Of a stretch of 64,000 nt of DNA, positions 59,173 to 64,000 are shown one piece after another. The notes below the pieces were generated by a model, which saw nothing but the letters and a program-made list of their open reading frames with translations, did no database searches and was not told where the DNA came from. Position numbers and translations under genes: made by a program. Every line of letters begins with the position of its first letter. Within the stretch, counting starts at the first letter, position 1. The DNA comes from Alistipes sp. (GTDB taxonomy: Bacteria; Bacteroidota; Bacteroidia; Bacteroidales; Rikenellaceae): the NCBI GenBank assembly GCA_017937805.1, contig JAGBCX010000074.1, forward strand, positions 20,022-84,021, written 5' to 3'.

Positions 59173-62100
59173 TTAAATCTTAGTTTTCGGTGCGCCTTGA
59201 ATGCCGAGCGAGTCCTTCTCACGCTGGGTAAGAATTAAATCCTTATCCTCGGCGCCGAGGGTGCGATAATACTCGTTTATGCCATAGACCACATCTTCAC
59301 GATTGTAGTAGGCTGCGAGGTAGTAGAGGCGCGAAAGTTCATCGAGGCGGTCATACATAATATCTGCCACCAAGTCGCCCTGCACACCATCGAACTGCAA
59401 GTAGTACTCGATATAGTCGATAAGATTGTCGCCATACGCCAACAGCAACGCATCGCCCTTCTCGTTCAAACCGAGGTCATAGTAGCACTCGATGAATGGG
59501 AAGGTGTTAGCCTCCGTAAATCGGATTTGCTCTATCGGCAATACCTCCAAACCTCTATCGAGTAACTCCTCTGCTCGCTTTGCGTTGCCCTGCTTGATAT
59601 ACTCGCGGGCAACACGGGCAAATGCCTCCCTCGCACGAGATACCGAGAGGTTATACTGCGTAAAGTAATCGACATAGACACGCTTATCGGCGAGGTTACC
59701 GTAGCGCATTGTGTTCATCAACTTATCGTAGGCGTAGTCAGCATCTATGCGACCGATGCTCCACGAATCTTTGTACGGAGTGAGAATCGGCACAAAGCGG
59801 TATGCGTAGCCATCAAATTGCAAGTAATCGAGCAAACCGAACTTCTGCAAGACATAGACCTGCGTGAAGTATATCGAGCGTTTCCAGTCGAAATGTGTCA
59901 GCATATCCAAAATCATCAACTCCGAGCGCGAGAGCGAGGTGGCGTTGATATTGATATAGACGGTATCGACCATCAAATCTCTATCCTTCTCCGCCACAAT
60001 GCCCGAAGCGATAGCTGCATCTTTATCCACCGGCAGAGCGATACGCTTGGTCGGGATATAGTCGGCAGGCTCGCCATAGCCGAGGTCCATCTTTGTACGG
60101 CGGTCATCGCTGCGCACAAACTCCATAACCTGCTTGGCATCGACCACACGGTCAATCTGCGAATTTACCGGAATCCAATCGTTCACGAAGGTATATTTGT
60201 GGCTTGGCAACGAGAACGGAATACCCTCGGCATCGTTCGCCTTACACTTCATCTCATCGACATACCACTCGCCATCGAGGTAGCTCGAATTCATTATGCG
60301 GACATCAGGGCGCACGCCATCAACCTCCTGATTAAACCACAACGGGAAGGTGTCGTTATCGCCATAATTGACAATTATCGGGCTTACACCCTCCTTCTCG
60401 ACAATCGAAGAGAGGTAGTTGTAGCCCATATCACGGGCAAATGTTCGGTGCGAACGGTCGTGGTCGTCCCAATTCTCGGCGCAGAGAATACCGGGCACTG
60501 CCATTGCCAACACCGTAGCCGTAGCAGCTGCTGCTTTGTGGTGTTTCTTCAACGCCTTTGTCAAGAGGTCATAGAGAGCCAAAACTCCCAAGCCTATCCA
60601 CATCGAGAAGGCGTAGAATGAGCCGGCATAAACATAGTCGCGCTCACGCACCTCACCCGGCGAGGAGTTGAAATATACGACCAATGCAATACCCATCATC
60701 ACAAACAACCACATCACAACGGTAAAGTTGCGAGGGTCACGGTTGAGCTGATATATCAGACCTATAATACCCAACAAGAACGGCAACAGATAGTAGGTAT
60801 TTCTCGCCTTGTTGTTCTCCATTTCGCGCGGAAGGTTGGTCTGCGGACCGAGATATGCCGAGTCTATCGCCTTGATACCCGTAAGCCAATTTCCGTTGGT
60901 AATCGTTACCGCTTCCGCCTGAATATCGTCTTGGCGACCAACGAAGTTCCAGAGGAAGTAACGCCAATACATATAGTTGAGCTGGTAGGAGAAGAAGAAA
61001 TTTAGATTCTCCAAGAATGTAGGCTCAACAATTGTGCGGGAGTATTCGCCATCGTGATAAGTAACTTTGCGACCAAAGTCCAACACCTCGGCACGCTGAG
61101 GCTTGCCCTTTTCGTCATAGATAATTTCGCCATTCTCGTCACGCACAAAGTCCATCTTTGTACGATATGCAGCCCAAGGCTTATAATCTCGCTCCTTCTT
61201 CATATAGTTCCACATGCGAGGGAAGAGGTGCATAAACTTGTCGGGATAGACATAGTCATCAACCGTAGTGCGCTTCTCGTACTGCTTCTTCTCCGAGTTG
61301 TAGTGGTAGAACTCCTTTTCGGTATAGCTCTCCACAGGTGCAGCATACGATGCACCATAAATCAATGGGCGGTTGCCGTATTGGTCGCGGTTGAGCATTG
61401 ACAACAACGCCGTAGGGTTGTCGGGATTGTTCGAGTTCATTGGCGGATTTACCGCTGCACGAATCGTTACCGAGGCGTACGAAGAGAAGCCAAGCATAAT
61501 CATCGTTACGCACACTGCCACCAAGTTCCAGATGCGCTGACCTTTGCGGTGGGTGATGTAGATTGCAGTGCCAAGCAGAGCAAACATCGCAAAGGCAAAG
61601 AGCACAATACCCATATTTACAGGCGCACCAAGCGTATTCACGAAGAAAACATCGACCATAGCACCGAGATATACGGTGTAAGGGATAATGATACCGTTAA
61701 TGACGAGCAATATCGCACACGCCAACAATGTTACGAGGCACAACCCCTTGAATGTGATGTTCTTGTACTTGCGGAAGTAGTAGATAAACACCAACGCAGG
61801 GATAGTCAGCAGGTTCAAGATGTGAACACCTATCGACAAACCCATCAGATAGGCGATAAGTATAATCCATCGTGCCGCATGAGGCTCGTCAGCCTCCTCC
61901 TCCCAGCGCAACATCAACCATACAACGAGTGCCGTAAACATTGACGACAGTGCATAAACCTCGCCCTCGACAGCCGAGAACCAGAAGGTATCGGTAAAGG
62001 TGTAGGCCAATGCTCCAACTGCTCCTGCGCCAAGTACCACAATAGCATTTGCAGTAGTTAGTGGTTTGCCCTCACGAGTAAAGAGTCGGCGTGCAATGTG

Positions 62101-62409
62101 TGTAATTGTCCAAAAGAGGAACAAGATGCAGAAAGCACTTGCCAAGGCGTTCATGCCATTTACCATGTGTGGTACATAGTAGGTAGATGGCGCAAACATC
62201 GTGGCAATACGCGCCAAGAGCATAAAGAGTGGCGCACCCGGAGGGTGTCCTACCTCCAATTTGTACGAAGTGGCAACAAACTCGCCACAATCCCAGAGCG
62301 ATGACGATGGCTCGATAGTGAGCAGATAGGTCAATGCAGCAACAGCAAAGACCGCCCAGCCAACAATTCGATTCCAACGCTTAAATATCTTTTGTTCCAT
62401 AATTTTCAT
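59173..62409 (-). CDS. DUF2723 (TMEM260-like) multi-TM membrane protein, putative GT-C glycosyltransferase
   Basis: WDCGEF, HPPGAP, AVEGEVY and GDNDTFPLW. Confidence 0.85.
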   Translation of the reverse strand: MKIMEQKIFKRWNRIVGWAVFAVAALTYLLTIEPSSSLWDCGEFVATSYKLEVGHPPGAPLFMLLARIATMFAPSTYYVPHMVNGMNALASAFCILFLFWTITHIARRLFTREGKPLTTANAIVVLGAGAVGALAYTFTDTFWFSAVEGEVYALSSMFTALVVWLMLRWEEEADEPHAARWIILIAYLMGLSIGVHILNLLTIPALVFIYYFRKYKNITFKGLCLVTLLACAILLVINGIIIPYTVYLGAMVDVFFVNTLGAPVNMGIVLFAFAMFALLGTAIYITHRKGQRIWNLVAVCVTMIMLGFSSYASVTIRAAVNPPMNSNNPDNPTALLSMLNRDQYGNRPLIYGASYAAPVESYTEKEFYHYNSEKKQYEKRTTVDDYVYPDKFMHLFPRMWNYMKKERDYKPWAAYRTKMDFVRDENGEIIYDEKGKPQRAEVLDFGRKVTYHDGEYSRTIVEPTFLENLNFFFSYQLNYMYWRYFLWNFVGRQDDIQAEAVTITNGNWLTGIKAIDSAYLGPQTNLPREMENNKARNTYYLLPFLLGIIGLIYQLNRDPRNFTVVMWLFVMMGIALVVYFNSSPGEVRERDYVYAGSFYAFSMWIGLGVLALYDLLTKALKKHHKAAAATATVLAMAVPGILCAENWDDHDRSHRTFARDMGYNYLSSIVEKEGVSPIIVNYGDNDTFPLWFNQEVDGVRPDVRIMNSSYLDGEWYVDEMKCKANDAEGIPFSLPSHKYTFVNDWIPVNSQIDRVVDAKQVMEFVRSDDRRTKMDLGYGEPADYIPTKRIALPVDKDAAIASGIVAEKDRDLMVDTVYININATSLSRSELMILDMLTHFDWKRSIYFTQVYVLQKFGLLDYLQFDGYAYRFVPILTPYKDSWSIGRIDADYAYDKLMNTMRYGNLADKRVYVDYFTQYNLSVSRAREAFARVAREYIKQGNAKRAEELLDRGLEVLPIEQIRFTEANTFPFIECYYDLGLNEKGDALLLAYGDNLIDYIEYYLQFDGVQGDLVADIMYDRLDELSRLYYLAAYYNREDVVYGINEYYRTLGAEDKDLILTQREKDSLGIQGAPKTKI

Positions 62410-62634
62410 GCATATAGTAGGATATCACACCCATTATAAACGCACAAAGTTAAGAAAAGTTATTTGAATAGAGCGAAATTTTCGGGCTTTTGTACTATTC
62501 TTTTGATTCAAACACCGCAAATTACCATTTTTTATGATTTTTTGGAAAATTTCTGCAATTTACATTTTGCATTCTGATTTTTTTTGTATCTTTGCGGGCT
62601 GAATTATGTTCAACACATAACAATTTTAAGTTAA

Positions 62635-62946
62635 ATGTTTGTAATAGTAGAGATTGCAGGTCAGCAGTTCAAGGCTGAGAAAGGTCGTAAGCTCTTTGTT
62701 CACCGTCTTGCGGGCGATGTAGATTCGTCTGTGAGCTTCGACAAGGTCCTGCTCGTAGAGAATGGCGGTCAGGTTAAGGTTGGCGCACCTGTTGTAAAAG
62801 GCGCTAGCGTAAAGTGTAAGATTCTCAAGCACCTCAAGGACGACAAGGTTTTGGTGTTTAAGAAGAAGCGTAGAACTGGTTATCAGAAGTGCAACGGTCA
62901 TCGCCAGTATCTTTCGCAAATTTTGATTGAGGACATTGTTGCATAA
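62635..62946 (+). CDS. rplU: 50S ribosomal protein L21
   Basis: [10 protein letters not shown] and [17 protein letters not shown]. Confidence 0.97.
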   Translation: MFVIVEIAGQQFKAEKGRKLFVHRLAGDVDSSVSFDKVLLVENGGQVKVGAPVVKGASVKCKILKHLKDDKVLVFKKKRRTGYQKCNGHRQYLSQILIEDIVA

Positions 62947-62968
62947 CCTAAAAAACTGTTAGAGAAGT

Positions 62969-63226
62969 ATGGCACACAAAAAAGGTGTTGGTAGTTCAAA
63001 GAACGGCCGTGAGTCGGAGAGCAAACGACTCGGTTTGAAGCTTTTCGGTGGTCAGTTTGCTAAGGCAGGCAACATCATCGTTCGTCAGCGTGGTACTGTT
63101 CACAATGCAGGCGAGAATGTAGGTATGGGCAAGGACCACACCCTCTTCGCATTGGTTGATGGCACAGTGGTATTCACAAAGAAGCGTGACAACCGCTCTT
63201 ATGTAAGCGTTAAGCCTTTGGCATAA
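62969..63226 (+). CDS. rpmA: 50S ribosomal protein L27
   Basis: [16 protein letters not shown]. Confidence 0.98.
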   Translation: MAHKKGVGSSKNGRESESKRLGLKLFGGQFAKAGNIIVRQRGTVHNAGENVGMGKDHTLFALVDGTVVFTKKRDNRSYVSVKPLA

Positions 63227-63245
63227 CTTAGAGCGTTAGTTAAAC

Positions 63246-63281
63246 AATAATGGCGAGCATCGAAAGATACTCGCCATTATT
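63246..63281. terminator. Bidirectional terminator
   Basis: AATAATGGCGAGCATC-GAAA-GATACTCGCCATTATT. Confidence 0.85.
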
Positions 63282-63303
63282 ATTTTCTGTATATACGCCC
63301 ACC

Positions 63304-63477
63304 CTATCTCTCTGCAAAGTATAGCAGACAATCGCGACACAGACAGTCGCTATATTGCGCCTTTATGGTTGCTCGTTGCACCTCCGATAATCGCACATTT
63401 ACGCAATGGCACTTCGCCATATCGCCATCTGCACAACACTCGAACTCCGAGCCACACCGAGGACAAATCTTTCGCAT
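63304..63477 (-). CDS. Cysteine-rich CWC family small protein
   Basis: Manual translation MRKICPRCGSEFECCADGDMAKCHCVNVRLSEVQRATIKAQYSDCLCRDCLLYFAER. Missed by the ORF track. Confidence 0.85.
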   Translation of the reverse strand: MRKICPRCGSEFECCADGDMAKCHCVNVRLSEVQRATIKAQYSDCLCRDCLLYFAER

Positions 63478-63547
63478 AGGTTATTGGACTTTTTGGATAA
63501 TTTGTAATTTCGTAGTACGAAGATATAAAAAATTACTATCTTTGTAA

Positions 63548-63790
63548 TGTCAAAGGTCTAAAAACCTTCGGCAAACATATTTCAAAAGAGGCGTTATGTC
63601 TTTTCTTGTGTGTGAAAAGCCTAGGAAACTTAATCACTGTGTACAAGAATTGCTTAACTGTCTTCACGCATATAGCGTGAGGCTGTTACCATATTCATAC
63701 ACAGAGGTATTCCTAGCACCTTCACACTTGAATTTGGCATACAGCACCACGCTCTCTTTGTTTTTAACAGCAAGTCGGTGCTGATTGCAA
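63548..63790 (+). ncRNA. Structured leader element, copy E (diverged)
   Basis: Follows TATCTTTG (63537-63544). GCAAACATA block, AGAGGCGT...ACGCTCT closing helix and the same nested helix order as copies A-D. Confidence 0.65.
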
Positions 63791-63805
63791 AAAAAACTTA
63801 TTTAT

Positions 63806-64000
63806 ATGAGAAAACTATTATTATTTGCAATTTGCCTAATAAGCAATTGTCTTCTATTGTTGAATTGTAGTAGTAATTCGTCAATAGTGCTAGAACCTAC
63901 CAACCCTGATTTACCTGCGCCTATTCCAACGCCCGAAATCGATGCAGACTCTGTGGTGGTATCTATCAATAGTGCTATACATATTGACACCGAACCACTT
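63806..64000 (+). CDS. Putative lipoprotein, N-terminal fragment running off the window
   Basis: MRKLLLFAICLISNCLLLLNCSSNSS...PTNPDLPAPIPTP: signal peptide with Cys, then a Pro-rich linker; open to the window end. Confidence 0.65.
   Translation, partial: MRKLLLFAICLISNCLLLLNCSSNSSIVLEPTNPDLPAPIPTPEIDADSVVVSINSAIHIDTEPL

Overview
Chromosomal window from a Bacteroidota bacterium, most likely Alistipes/Rikenellaceae-like (TAnnTTTG promoters, batD/batE, DUF4924, DUF2723). It is mostly housekeeping DNA: uvrD, recG, recR, ispG, ftsY, rimO, gcvT/gcvP, cysS, smpB, rpmH/rplU/rpmA and a tRNA-CAT, plus a duplicated six-gene glycosyltransferase cluster. No integrase, transposase, CRISPR array or rRNA was seen. 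The most striking signal is non-coding. A ~220-250 nt structured element occurs five times (16137-16350, 30073-30320, 56191-56427 and 56542-56776 on the minus strand; 63548-63790 on the plus strand). Each copy starts just downstream of a Bacteroidota housekeeping promoter and shows compensatory changes in four helices. Its 3' segment can pair with either of two partners, and all three segments co-vary. Four copies are 5' leaders of AT-rich accessory genes: an LRR lipoprotein, an exported caspase operon bounded by a 31-bp direct repeat, an orphan protein and a lipoprotein. The fifth appears to have lost its gene. This suggests a leader-RNA or cassette system for foreign surface-protein genes; whether it is already described needs an Rfam search. 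Other observations are a candidate sigma-54 sRNA beside smpB, a degenerate receiver/HEAT/GT2 operon, a GH2 lacking catalytic residues, palindromic repeats that overlap stop codons, pervasive heptamer tandem repeats, and a 96-bp gene-conversion tract. Genes missed by the ORF track are added: an ABC exporter, rpmH, rubredoxin, a CWC protein and a terminal lipoprotein.
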